From assembly GCF_018336915.1 (NCBI RefSeq), contig NZ_CP064923.1, forward strand, positions 1,380,001-1,412,000: a stretch of DNA of 32,000 nt, written 5' to 3'. Positions within the stretch are counted from its first letter, which is position 1, and each line of letters starts with the position of its first letter. Under the pieces are notes generated by a model. That model saw nothing but the letters and a program-made list of their open reading frames with translations, had not been told where the DNA came from and did not search any database. The translations under genes were made by a program, and so were the position numbers. Of this stretch, positions 1-9,100 are shown piece after piece. The stretch comes from Acaryochloris marina S15 (GTDB lineage Bacteria; Cyanobacteriota; Cyanobacteriia; Thermosynechococcales; Thermosynechococcaceae).

Positions 1-276
1 AAAAGGGCCAATTCCATTGCCAAAAGCAGAAGCAGCAATACCATTACTGGTGCAATCTGCAACTCCTCGACCAACAATACTTCGCCCTAAAGGATGAGTA
101 TTGACCTGTGTATTAACCAAAGAACCTTGTTGATTCAAATCGACAGCCGGATTCGCTGTGGATTGGGCATTGTTGGGAGCATCAATATTATTAGTGGTTG
201 TTTGGGCTAGAGCAGAATGAGATGAAATTGCTAAAAACCCAACAACTGATGCACAGAAAAGAAAACGAGGGCGCAT
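1..276 (-). CDS. secreted protein, N-terminal part only (gene runs off the window start)
   Basis: ATG at 276-274 preceded by GGAG (revcomp of 283-290). The frame stays open to position 1 (92 codons). The N-terminus MRPRFLFCASVVGFLAISSHSALA-Q looks like a signal peptide, followed by N/T/Q-rich sequence. Confidence 0.45.
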   Translation of the reverse strand, partial: MRPRFLFCASVVGFLAISSHSALAQTTTNNIDAPNNAQSTANPAVDLNQQGSLVNTQVNTHPLGRSIVGRGVADCTSNGIAASAFGNGIGPF

Positions 277-295
277 AAGTGAATTCTCCTGAATT

Positions 296-325
296 ATAAA
301 AGGGGCAACGGGATAACGTTGCCCC
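296..325 (-). terminator. Rho-independent terminator downstream of the 346-741 gene
   Basis: Perfect 9-bp stem ggggcaacg (302-310) / cgttgcccc (317-325) with a 6-nt loop. On the minus strand the hairpin is followed by TTTTATAATT. Confidence 0.6.
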
Positions 326-345
326 AAGAAATATACTTAATTCAG

Positions 346-741
346 TTAGAACGAGAAACCACCTGTTACTCTGTGGGTTTTGTTGATTCCAGAGTAATCG
401 TAGCTGTCTGTATTGTGTACGTTGGTTGTTCTGGAGAGCTTACCATCTTCAGTTGCAGAGCTGATAGTTGAAATGGTTGAGTGGTCAGTTTCCTCAAACC
501 AGACCCCATCTTTATCTCCAGATGTGGTGGTAGTTGCATCAACATGCTTAGTGGAGGTTGAACCTGCCCAGGTTGTAGCATCGTAGGTCTCATGAACATT
601 CACATTGGTTGTGGAATGACCGTTAAAGATGCTCTTGACTCTATAGCTGTTCTCAACATAGGACTCGCCAGCTGCAGCAGGTAATGCGGCAGCGCCAAGG
701 GAGATTAGGACCGCAAGAGGTGCGATTTTTTGAAGTTTCAT
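346..741 (-). CDS. small secreted Thr/Ser-rich protein of unknown function
   Basis: 131-aa ORF. Signal-peptide-like MKLQKIAPLAVLISLGAAALPAAAG, T/S/N-rich body, C-terminal GGFSF ending in Phe. Followed by an intrinsic terminator. Confidence 0.6.
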   Translation of the reverse strand: MKLQKIAPLAVLISLGAAALPAAAGESYVENSYRVKSIFNGHSTTNVNVHETYDATTWAGSTSTKHVDATTTTSGDKDGVWFEETDHSTISTISSATEDGKLSRTTNVHNTDSYDYSGINKTHRVTGGFSF

Positions 742-1381
742 GAGTAGTTACCGCTGAAAGTGTTTAGTAGCAATGGGCTTGGTGATGAAAGCTCGCCCAA
801 GAGATAAGTGCAAACAAATAAAGCCTGCAACAGAATTAGCATTAAAAAGCAAAAACACTGACACCAGAATCCATCTCATGTCTTAAAGCACCAACTGCTC
901 ATAAAGAACATCCCCCTGTTAGTGCTTGATGGTGTATTTTTGCTGTCAAATCAACTTGCCTAAACCATCTAGATCAGGTAGTTGAACTTTAATAACTAAC
1001 GTTGCAATACAATATATTGCCCGTGTTTTGCGTTTCAAATTACCCCATGGAACAAAACAGCGAAGTTGTAAATCTAATTGAATTACAACACCGAATACCT
1101 GATTTGCTCTGACAATAAATAATTTAATTCACAAGCAAACTGTAGTCTGGATTTTTTTGCCCCTAGTGCTTTTTCACAAAATATTCACTCACCTAGAGAA
1201 AAAATTAAGAGATATCTTTTTTAGCTAGAGAGTATGAGACTATACCTAGCCTTATACTTCAGATCTTTAAGTAGAAATGGCATCATTTTATAAAGAAGAT
1301 TGAAGTTTATAGTAGTTTTAATTAGAAGTTTCTTTCTCTTGTAATATCTCTGTTTTGTATTGTGTTGGTACAAGAGTATTT

Positions 1382-1427
1382 ACTTATTCCCTCAGACAGA
1401 AAGGCAAGGATGTCTGAAGGAATAAGT
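1382..1427. other. 17-bp-stem hairpin (one mismatch) just downstream of the aldo/keto reductase stop; possible terminator or RNA-stability element
   Basis: acttattccctcagaca (1382-1398) pairs with tgtctgaaggaataagt (1411-1427) across a 12-nt loop. No clear T-run on the minus strand, so a terminator role is uncertain. Confidence 0.35.
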
Positions 1428-1488
1428 AAGCGTTTGGAAGAGGCCATAACGCTTGTGTCATAGTGATGAGCCGAAAGCCATCATTCAA

Positions 1489-2670
1489 TCAGCTTTGAGA
1501 TAATCTCTGAATGGATTGCCCACCTAGTTGTAAGTGTGTCTGTGATAGGAGTTCAGGTATTTTTTCAGCATGGGGGCTAGCTCTTAAGCATTCCTTCAGA
1601 TCCAAGTTGGACAAATGGGTTGCTTTTTGACCGGGGAACCAGTGACTGGCTTGCCCTAGGAGGTTGTAGCGCATCTTGGCATAGTCTTGCATGTCATAAG
1701 CTAGAGCTAGATTTCGCAACCATAGAATGACGGGAATATTGATATTGCCGGGCGTTTGCTCATGGGTTGGCAGGCCTTGATGCCAAGTGTTGACCCAGTC
1801 TTCGCCTAGGGTTGAGATTGCTGCTGCTTGCAGCCGCTCCAAGATCGGTGGTAGCAAGGTCTCTGCTTGTTCGAGTAGCTCCAATGTTTTCAGATGTTCA
1901 TCAAAATCACTGGGGCGAGCTGCACCCAAACTGAGGGTATGGACTTGGGGATGACTTAAGCAGAATAAGTCGTTGAATACTATGGGGCTGAGGGGTTGGC
2001 ATAGCTCAACTAACTTTGGCGAAGGTTTATACAACATGCCCCCCTTATCCGAAGGACTAATAATAAATACCCCGACATCGTGTTGGGTCGCAGCTTCAAT
2101 CGCTGCCCAATTGAACTGGTTGATGTAATACCAGTGCAAATTGACGTAATCGAATTGATTGGTCTGAATCGTTTCTACGATTAAATCGGTGGGGCCGTGG
2201 GTAGAGAAGCCCACAAACTTGACCTTGCCTTGTTCTTGCAATTGGCGGGCGATATCAAGACATCCGCCAGGGCGAAGGGTGAACTCCAGTAATTCGGGGG
2301 TATTAATGCCATGAATCCCTAGCAAGTCGACATAATCGAGTTTTAGGTTTCGTAGCGATTGCTCAAAGGTCTTACGAAATTCTTGGGACTTTTCTTTGGG
2401 GGCAACCTTAGTTTGAATAATTAATTGATGGCGAGGGAATGTCGGTAGAATTCGGCCAAGCTGAAGTTCTGAAGTGCCATAGCCTCTGGCCGTTTCAATA
2501 TGATTAATCCCTAGCTCAATTGAGCGACGAATAGTGGCGTCGAGGTTGTCTTGATTGGCTTTAGGAACTTTCCAGCCAGGTTCATCTTTCCAAGAATGCT
2601 GATATCGCATTCCACCGCAGGAAAAGACGGGTATTTGCAGTTCTGTTCTGCCAAATCGACGATACTGCAT
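1489..2670 (-). CDS. aldo/keto reductase family oxidoreductase
   Basis: 393-aa ORF. N-terminus MQYRRFGRTELQIPVFSCGGMRY...INHIETARGYGTSE and later FVGFSTHG / IISPSDKGG are typical AKR (TIM-barrel) motifs. GGAGG lies upstream of the ATG. Confidence 0.85.
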   Translation of the reverse strand: MQYRRFGRTELQIPVFSCGGMRYQHSWKDEPGWKVPKANQDNLDATIRRSIELGINHIETARGYGTSELQLGRILPTFPRHQLIIQTKVAPKEKSQEFRKTFEQSLRNLKLDYVDLLGIHGINTPELLEFTLRPGGCLDIARQLQEQGKVKFVGFSTHGPTDLIVETIQTNQFDYVNLHWYYINQFNWAAIEAATQHDVGVFIISPSDKGGMLYKPSPKLVELCQPLSPIVFNDLFCLSHPQVHTLSLGAARPSDFDEHLKTLELLEQAETLLPPILERLQAAAISTLGEDWVNTWHQGLPTHEQTPGNINIPVILWLRNLALAYDMQDYAKMRYNLLGQASHWFPGQKATHLSNLDLKECLRASPHAEKIPELLSQTHLQLGGQSIQRLSQS

Positions 2671-2827
2671 GGTTACCTAGCCTCCGTTGACTAAATCCTG
2701 ATGGATGTGAGCTTTATTTTGAATTTGTGGGGGGAAACGTGGGTGTTGTGCGGACTTGTAACCAGACTAAATAAGTCCCCAAGATCAGGGCGGTCAAAGA
2801 TTCCAAAAGAATGAGACCATTCATTTT

Positions 2828-3139
2828 TCAGGTCAGATCCCAGATAGGAGCATAGAAGTAATGCCCCAGGGTTAACTGCCCCATTGCAACATAGAGATAT
2901 AACAGCCCAAAGGCTAGGGTTCGATGCCCTTGCTGCCAGCAGATATAGCCTGTTATGCCAATGGGCGTCATCACAAACCAAAGAATATCCACTAGCAAAG
3001 GATTAAACCAAGTCGGTTCGGGATATTGATCAAAGAACAGAACGTTGTCGACATAGTGCAAAATCGAAGTCACGATGCAGACCACAAGCATGGCTAATAA
3101 CCAGTGGGTATGGTTCTTAGCAGATTGACGTTCGTGCAT
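2828..3139 (-). CDS. small integral membrane protein (about 3 TM helices), unknown function
   Basis: 103-aa ORF with hydrophobic segments WLLAMLVVCIVTSIL, LLVDILWFVMTPIGITGYI and LAFGLLYLYVAMG. No recognisable family. Confidence 0.5.
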   Translation of the reverse strand: MHERQSAKNHTHWLLAMLVVCIVTSILHYVDNVLFFDQYPEPTWFNPLLVDILWFVMTPIGITGYICWQQGHRTLAFGLLYLYVAMGQLTLGHYFYAPIWDLT

Positions 3140-3206
3140 AGGGCTGAATAGGGAGCTGGTGAACAGATGCGATCCGGAATTTATATCTTTTGTATTGTAG
3201 GCAAGA

Positions 3207-4496
3207 TTATTCCTGGATGGCGCTTACGGCTAATATCCAGAGGATAGACCCGTCATCACTCCATTCGATCTGCTGAGGAATGCCATGATAGTGAGTCTCC
3301 AAGTCTCGGGCAATTGAAGCGATTTTTTGTACTAATTTTGAGGGAAGCAGTTGAGGTGCGCTAAGGGCCTGGGAACTAGCCTCTTCTGGAACAGAAACCC
3401 GAATCTGTTGAGTTTGGGGATGCATCAATGCCTCAGCGGGAGTGGAACCTGGACCACCAATAATCACCACGGTAGTGGGATCACTATTTTGGATGTCTTG
3501 ACTCCTGACCAAGCCACTATATTGACCTTTGACTTGGACTTGAACCATGACCGCAACTCCAGAATCTCTAGAATTGGGAGAGGACGGAGTTGCACTATAG
3601 GCCGAGCGACAAGCTCGAATGATCTGTGCTAAAGCTCGACGAGAAGTGATTTGGAAAACAGGTTCGGGGGGAGTGCCACTTAGCATAGCCCCAATAACAC
3701 TAGATCGAATCATTAGGGGTTGGCTAGGGCTGGGGTTGAGGAGTTGAATCAGTGGATCCGCGTCATCACCTGGGGACAGCAGCCAGCCTGGGGGCACCTT
3801 GTATCCCAAGGCTTTGAGCTGGCTGAGAGTAACGGCTAAGGACCCAACTTGGTCTGCATTGAGGGAATGGTCTAACGTACGGATGTTGCGATCGCGTTGA
3901 AAGAAACCGAATAAATGGGCATCATTAGCTCGATCTAGGGGCATTAACTCACCTGAACTTGAACCCATCGAAGGGGAAGCCGGGGGCTGGGGCACTTGCT
4001 CATCCGCCCAAGCTAGGACAAAACTGAGGCCCATGGCCGCCATAATCTGCGAACTTTGTTGGGTATATAGTCCGACGAGTAGAGGAAACAGGACTAATAG
4101 CCCCAATCGTCCAATGCGCCTTTCGCGCAGCAAGGTAATACCGATGCCTCCGATTAACAGCATCAAAAATGCAATCTGCCAGCTATAGATCACGCCACCA
4201 GCGATGATGCCCAGCAGTCGTTTCGATTTTCTGAGCCAAAACTGCCCACATACCAGGGCAATTAGGGCAATGATCCACCAGGTCGGATCTCGGGGAAAGT
4301 AATATTGAGCTAAACAGACACTGGCGATTCCTTTACTGGCCTCTATCCCCATCTCTAAGAATGTTGCTCCATAGCGCCATGGGGTTCTTGGAGGGATAGG
4401 CAGGTGTTGATTCAACCATTCCGATGCTGGTATGCCCCCCAACAAAGGACATAGGACAAAGATGAGTAAGCATCCCCAAACTTGGATTAATGTCAT
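3207..4496 (-). CDS. membrane protein: PlsY-like polytopic N-terminal domain fused to a PEP/pyruvate-binding (PPDK_N-like) C-terminal domain
   Basis: 429-aa ORF. N-terminal ~165 aa are hydrophobic (CLLIFVLCPLLGGIPASEWL ... EASKGIASVCLA) and resemble the PlsY family. The C-terminal part has GSLAVTLSQLKALGYKVPPGWLL, resembling the GGKxxxLxxLxxxGxxVPxGF start of PPDK_N domains. Domain calls are by eye only. Confidence 0.55.
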   Translation of the reverse strand: MTLIQVWGCLLIFVLCPLLGGIPASEWLNQHLPIPPRTPWRYGATFLEMGIEASKGIASVCLAQYYFPRDPTWWIIALIALVCGQFWLRKSKRLLGIIAGGVIYSWQIAFLMLLIGGIGITLLRERRIGRLGLLVLFPLLVGLYTQQSSQIMAAMGLSFVLAWADEQVPQPPASPSMGSSSGELMPLDRANDAHLFGFFQRDRNIRTLDHSLNADQVGSLAVTLSQLKALGYKVPPGWLLSPGDDADPLIQLLNPSPSQPLMIRSSVIGAMLSGTPPEPVFQITSRRALAQIIRACRSAYSATPSSPNSRDSGVAVMVQVQVKGQYSGLVRSQDIQNSDPTTVVIIGGPGSTPAEALMHPQTQQIRVSVPEEASSQALSAPQLLPSKLVQKIASIARDLETHYHGIPQQIEWSDDGSILWILAVSAIQE

Positions 4497-4509
4497 AGGC
4501 TATTTAGCT

Positions 4510-5169
4510 TTAGGGAGATAACCGTTCAAGGGTCCACTGCTGATCTGTATATCGATAACAGAGTCGGTCATGCAGACGGCTGGTACGTCCTTGCCAAAAT
4601 TCGATCAGATGAGGGTTGATCCGGTAGCCCCCCCAATGGGGCGGACGAGGAATTGGTTGGTTCTGATATTTCTGTTCCAACTTTTGGAGACGCTGGTCCA
4701 GAATATTGCGATCGCTGATCACTTGGCTTTGTTCCGATGCCCATGCCCCTAGTTGACTACTTCGGGGTCTACTCTCAAAATAGGCCTCCGTTTCTTGATC
4801 ACTCACTTTTATGACTTCCCCTTCAATTCGGACCTGGCGTTCTAATTCTGCCCACCAAAAGACCAAGGCCGCCCAGGGCCTTTGGGCCAAATCTTGTCCT
4901 TTGCGACTGAGGTAATTCGTATAAAAAACGAATCCCTGTTGGTCAAATCCTTTTAATAACACCATGCGCGCGGATGGCTTACTGTCTGCCGAGACTGTCC
5001 CTAAAGTCATAGCATTGGGCTCTGGTAATTCTGCTTGGACAGCTTGCTCAAACCAAGACTGAAACTGAAGGATGGGATTGGCATTGACCTCTGTTTCTAG
5101 AAGAGCCTGCTGTCGATAATCACGGCGCAGATCTGAAATGGAGGTTTGTGTTGGATCGATTAAAGACAT
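4510..5169 (-). CDS. pdxH: pyridoxamine/pyridoxine 5'-phosphate oxidase
   Basis: 219-aa ORF with hallmark PdxH motifs: LRRDY near the N-terminus, RMVLLKGFDQQGFVFYTNYLSRKG, QVRIEG, IEFWQGRTSRLHDR, and a C-terminal LSP. Confidence 0.92.
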   Translation of the reverse strand: MSLIDPTQTSISDLRRDYRQQALLETEVNANPILQFQSWFEQAVQAELPEPNAMTLGTVSADSKPSARMVLLKGFDQQGFVFYTNYLSRKGQDLAQRPWAALVFWWAELERQVRIEGEVIKVSDQETEAYFESRPRSSQLGAWASEQSQVISDRNILDQRLQKLEQKYQNQPIPRPPHWGGYRINPHLIEFWQGRTSRLHDRLCYRYTDQQWTLERLSP

Positions 5170-5293
5170 CAGGGCTTGCTTACTCGAATACTCATAATTT
5201 CTTAGGTATAACTAAACCTGGATAAACTTGGTTGACCGCTGATGGACAGGCGCTCTTCAATTATCGGGCATCCCCATCAGCATCGATCTAAAA

Positions 5294-5503
5294 TTGGCTC
5301 AATCTCTACTCAAGGGCAAACTGGCACGTCCAGATACAGATGAAATGTTTGTCGTCCTCTCTGGCTCTGTTGCCATTGACACTGAGAATGGCAGTTTTAA
5401 CCTGGTCCAAAATGATTGTTTGGTGGTTAAATCTGGCACACAACACCGCGCCAGAACAGAGTCAACGGCGACACTGATGACCTTGATTCGTCCAACCCCT
5501 TAA
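5294..5503 (+). CDS. cupin-fold fragment or small cupin protein (non-ATG start; possibly a gene remnant)
   Basis: 69-aa ORF with a cupin-like core DEMFVVLSGSVAID...NDCLVVKSGTQH. It starts at TTG, and the frame is open only back to 5243 with no ATG. The usual upstream HxH metal motif is absent. Confidence 0.3.
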   Translation: MAQSLLKGKLARPDTDEMFVVLSGSVAIDTENGSFNLVQNDCLVVKSGTQHRARTESTATLMTLIRPTP

Positions 5504-5524
5504 CTTCTTGATCCCATCTTGGTC

Positions 5525-6004
5525 ATGAACGCTTTGTCTCTGCCCCTGCAAATACCTGGACTCATATTACGACCGTGGGACATCCAAGATGCAGGAGCAT
5601 TTCAAAAATATGCTGACAATCTAGATATCTGGCGGAATATGCGGGATGAGTTCCCTTGTCCCTGTACGCACCAGGATGCAGAACGGTGGATTGATCAAGC
5701 CCTTCACAGGGCTGATGGACTATATTGGGCAATTGCCACTGACCAAGAAGCCATCGGTTCCATAAGTCTGCTGATCCATGATGATATTCGTAGGTATTCC
5801 GGAGTATTAAGTTACTGGGTTGGTCAGCCTTTTTGGAGGCAAGGTATCGCCACAGCAGTGATTGCAGGGATTAGTGACTATGGCCTAACAGAACTCAACT
5901 TAATCAGAATCTATGCCAAGGTGTTTAGCACCAACCTGGGTTCTATCCGAGTGTTGGAAAAGAATGAGTTCAAACAAGAAGGATATTTTCGTAAAGGGGT
6001 GTAA
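5525..6004 (+). CDS. GNAT family N-acetyltransferase (RimJ/RimL-like), C-terminus apparently disrupted
   Basis: ATG at 5525 (the track's start at 5519 is TTG). LILRPWDIQDA, SYWVGQPFWRQGIATAVI and IYAKVFSTNLGSIRVLEKNEFKQEG are typical of RimJ-type GNATs. The expected C-terminal strand appears out of frame at 5994-6050 (see findings). Confidence 0.75.
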   Translation: MNALSLPLQIPGLILRPWDIQDAGAFQKYADNLDIWRNMRDEFPCPCTHQDAERWIDQALHRADGLYWAIATDQEAIGSISLLIHDDIRRYSGVLSYWVGQPFWRQGIATAVIAGISDYGLTELNLIRIYAKVFSTNLGSIRVLEKNEFKQEGYFRKGV

Positions 6005-6170
6005 AGAGGGGCAGTTTTTTGATTAAGTGGTCTATGCAAAAGTTGTTTAGTATCGCCAGAGCTATGGGCGAATTCTCTCGACTGTGAACCTTAAGTTTGG
6101 AATAGGGGGCTGAGAGAATCTCACCATGGCAAAACCCTTTGCTTACGCAGAGAGAGGCTGTTGCTATTCT

Positions 6171-9100
6171 TTACTTCTTGGCAGATACCTCTGGGGGAGC
6201 GGCTTTGATAATTCCACACAATTTCCGATCTTGGTCTTTGACCGTAGAATTGGTTCTTAGATAATCGTCTAATAGGTCACACCCTAGATCCATCAAGCGA
6301 TCAAAGTTAAGATTCCATACTCTCACCGTGCGGTCATCACTGGCGGAGGCGATGGTCTGACCATCCGGACTGAAACTGACGCCCCCCACACGACCACTAT
6401 GGCCTTCTAGGGTGGCTTTGAGCTGACCGTCCCAGCCCCATAGTTTGACCGTGCGGTCATCACTGGCGGAGGCGATGGTCTGACCATCCGGGCTGAAACT
6501 GACGCTCCACACACGACCGCTATGGCCTTCTAGGGTGGCTTTGAGCTGACCGTCCTGGCCCCACAGTTTGACCGTGCGGTCATCACTGGCGGAGGCGATG
6601 GTCTGACCATCCGGGCTGAAACTGACGCTCCACACACGACCGCTATGGCCTTCTAGGGTGGCTTTGAGCTGACCATCCCGGCCCCACAGTTTGACCGTGC
6701 GGTCATCACTGGCGGAGGCGATGGTCTGACCATCCGGGCTGAAACTGACGCTCCACACACGACCGCTATGGCCTTCTAGGGTGGCTTTGAGCTGACCATC
6801 CCGGCCCCACAGTTTGACCGTGCGGTCATCACTGGCGGAGGCGATGGTCTGACCATCCGGGCTGAAACTGACGCCTAACACACGATCGCTATGGCCTTCT
6901 AGGGTGGCTTTGAGCTGACCGTCCTGGCCCCACAGTTTCACCGTTCGGTCATCACTGACGGAGGCGATGGTCTGACCATCCGGGCTAAAACTGACGCCCA
7001 ACACACGACCGCTATGGCCTTCTAGGGTGGCTTTGAGCTGACCGTCCCGGCCCCACAGTTTCACCGTTCGGTCATCACTGACGGAGGCGATGGTCTGACC
7101 ATCCGGGCTGAAACTGACGCCATTCACCCAATCGGTATGGCCTTCTAGGGTGGCTTTGAGCTGACCGTCCCGGCCCCACAGTTTCACCGTGCTGTCATCA
7201 CTGGCGGAGGCGATGGTCTGACCATCCGGGCTGAAACTGACGCCTAACACACGACCGCTATGGCCTTCTAGGGTGGCTTTGAGCTGACCGTCCCGGCCCC
7301 ACAGTTTGACCGTGCGGTCATCACTGGCGGAGGCGATGGTCTGACCATCCGGGCTGAAACTGACGCTCCACACACGACCGCTATGGCCTTCTAGGGTGGC
7401 TTTGAGCTGACCGTCCCGGCCCCACAGTTTGACCGTGCTGTCCGAACTGGCGGAGGCGATGGTCTGACCATCCGGGCTGAAACTGACGCCATTCACCCAA
7501 TCGGTATGGCCTTCTAGGGTGGCTTTGAGCTGACCGTCCCGGCCCCACAGTTTGACCGTGCGGTCATCACTGACGGAGGTGATGGTCTGACCATCCGGGC
7601 TAAAACTGACGCCCAATACACGACCACTATGGCCTTCTAGGGTGGCTTTGAGCTGACCGTCCCGGCCCCACAGTTTGACCGTGCGGTCATCACTGGCGGA
7701 GGCGATGGTCTGACCATCCGGGCTAAAACTGACGCCTAACACACGACCGCTATGGCCTTCTAGGGTGGCTTTGAGCTGACCGTCCCGGCCCCACAGTTTG
7801 ACCGTGCGGTCATCACTGGCGGAGGCGATGGTCTGACCATCCGGGCTAAAACTGACGCCCAACACACGACCACTATGGCCTTCTAGGGTGGCTTTGAGCT
7901 GACCGTCCCGGCCCCACAGTTTGACCGTGCGGTCATCACTGGCGGAGGCGATGGTCTGACCATCTGGGCTGAAACTGACGCCATTCACACTACTGCTATG
8001 GCCTGGTATGCCTGGGGTTTGGAGGGGAAAGGGGGTAGTCGGTTGCCATAGCTTAATAGTATGGTCACTACTAACGGAAGCCATGGTCTTGTTTCTGCTA
8101 AACCGAACTTGGTAAATCCATCCCTGATAGCCTACTTGCGCGTTCTCTGAAGTTGGGAACACCAAAGGGGACAACCAATTTTTAAGACTCCACAGTTTCA
8201 CCATGCGGTCCGAACTGGCGGAGGCGATGGTCTGACCATCCGGGCTGAAACTGACGCCATTCACCCAATCGGTATGGCCTTCTAGGGTGGCTTTGAGCTG
8301 ACCGTCCCGGCTCCACAGTTTCACCGTGCGGTCCGAACTGGCGGAGGCGATGGTCTGACCATCCGGGCTGAAACTGACGCTATTCACCCAATCGGTATGG
8401 CCTTCTAGGGTGGCTTTGAGCTGACCGTCCCGGCCCCATAGTTTCACCGTGCTGTCCGAACTGGCGGAGGCGATGGTCTGACCATCCGGGCTGAAACTGA
8501 CGCCTAACACACGACCGCTATGGCCTTTTAGAGTGGCTTTGAGCTGACCGTCCCGGCCCCATAGTTTCACCGTGCTGTCCGAACTGGCGGAGGCGATGGT
8601 CTGACCATCCGGGCTGAAACTGACGCCTAACACACGACCGCTATGGCCTTTTAGAGTGGCTTTGAGCTGACCATCCCGGCCCCACAGTTTCACCGTGCTG
8701 TCCGAACTGGCGGAGGCGATGGTCTGACCATCCGGGCTGAAACTGACGCCATTCACCCAATCGGTATGGCCTTCTAGGGTGGCTTTGAGCTGACCATCCC
8801 GGCCCCACAGTTTCACCGTGCTGTCCGAACTGGTGGAGGCGATGGTCTGACCATCCGGGCTGAAACTGACGCCCAACACACGACCGTTATGGCCTTCTAG
8901 GGTGGCTTTGGGCTGACCGTCCCGGCCCCACAGTTTCACCGTGCTGTCCGAACTGGTGGAGGCGATGGTCTGACCATCCGGGCTGAAACTGACGCCCAAC
9001 ACCCAATCGGTATGGCCCTGCAAGCGATTGTATTCCTTGGTGTGGTAGAGGGTCTGGGCCATAGCAGCCACTACATCTGCTTTCCCCTGTCCCACCAGTT

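Noticed and set aside
2691-2981. 96-aa ORF overlapping the 2828-3139 membrane-protein ORF
   Set aside because: It overlaps by about 150 nt in another frame. It has no RBS or motifs, and the 2828-3139 frame gives the cleaner membrane-protein pattern.
3351-5169. Antisense ORFs 3351-3632 (+) and 4570-4752 (+)
   Set aside because: Both lie fully inside well-supported minus-strand genes (the PlsY-like fusion and pdxH) and have no features of their own.
6282-9017. A regular 123-bp tandem array that repeat finders could flag as CRISPR, satellite DNA or a mobile-element array
   Set aside because: There is no repeat/unique-spacer alternation. Every unit is in frame within one long ORF and encodes a canonical GH...WD blade, so it is a coding WD40 array.
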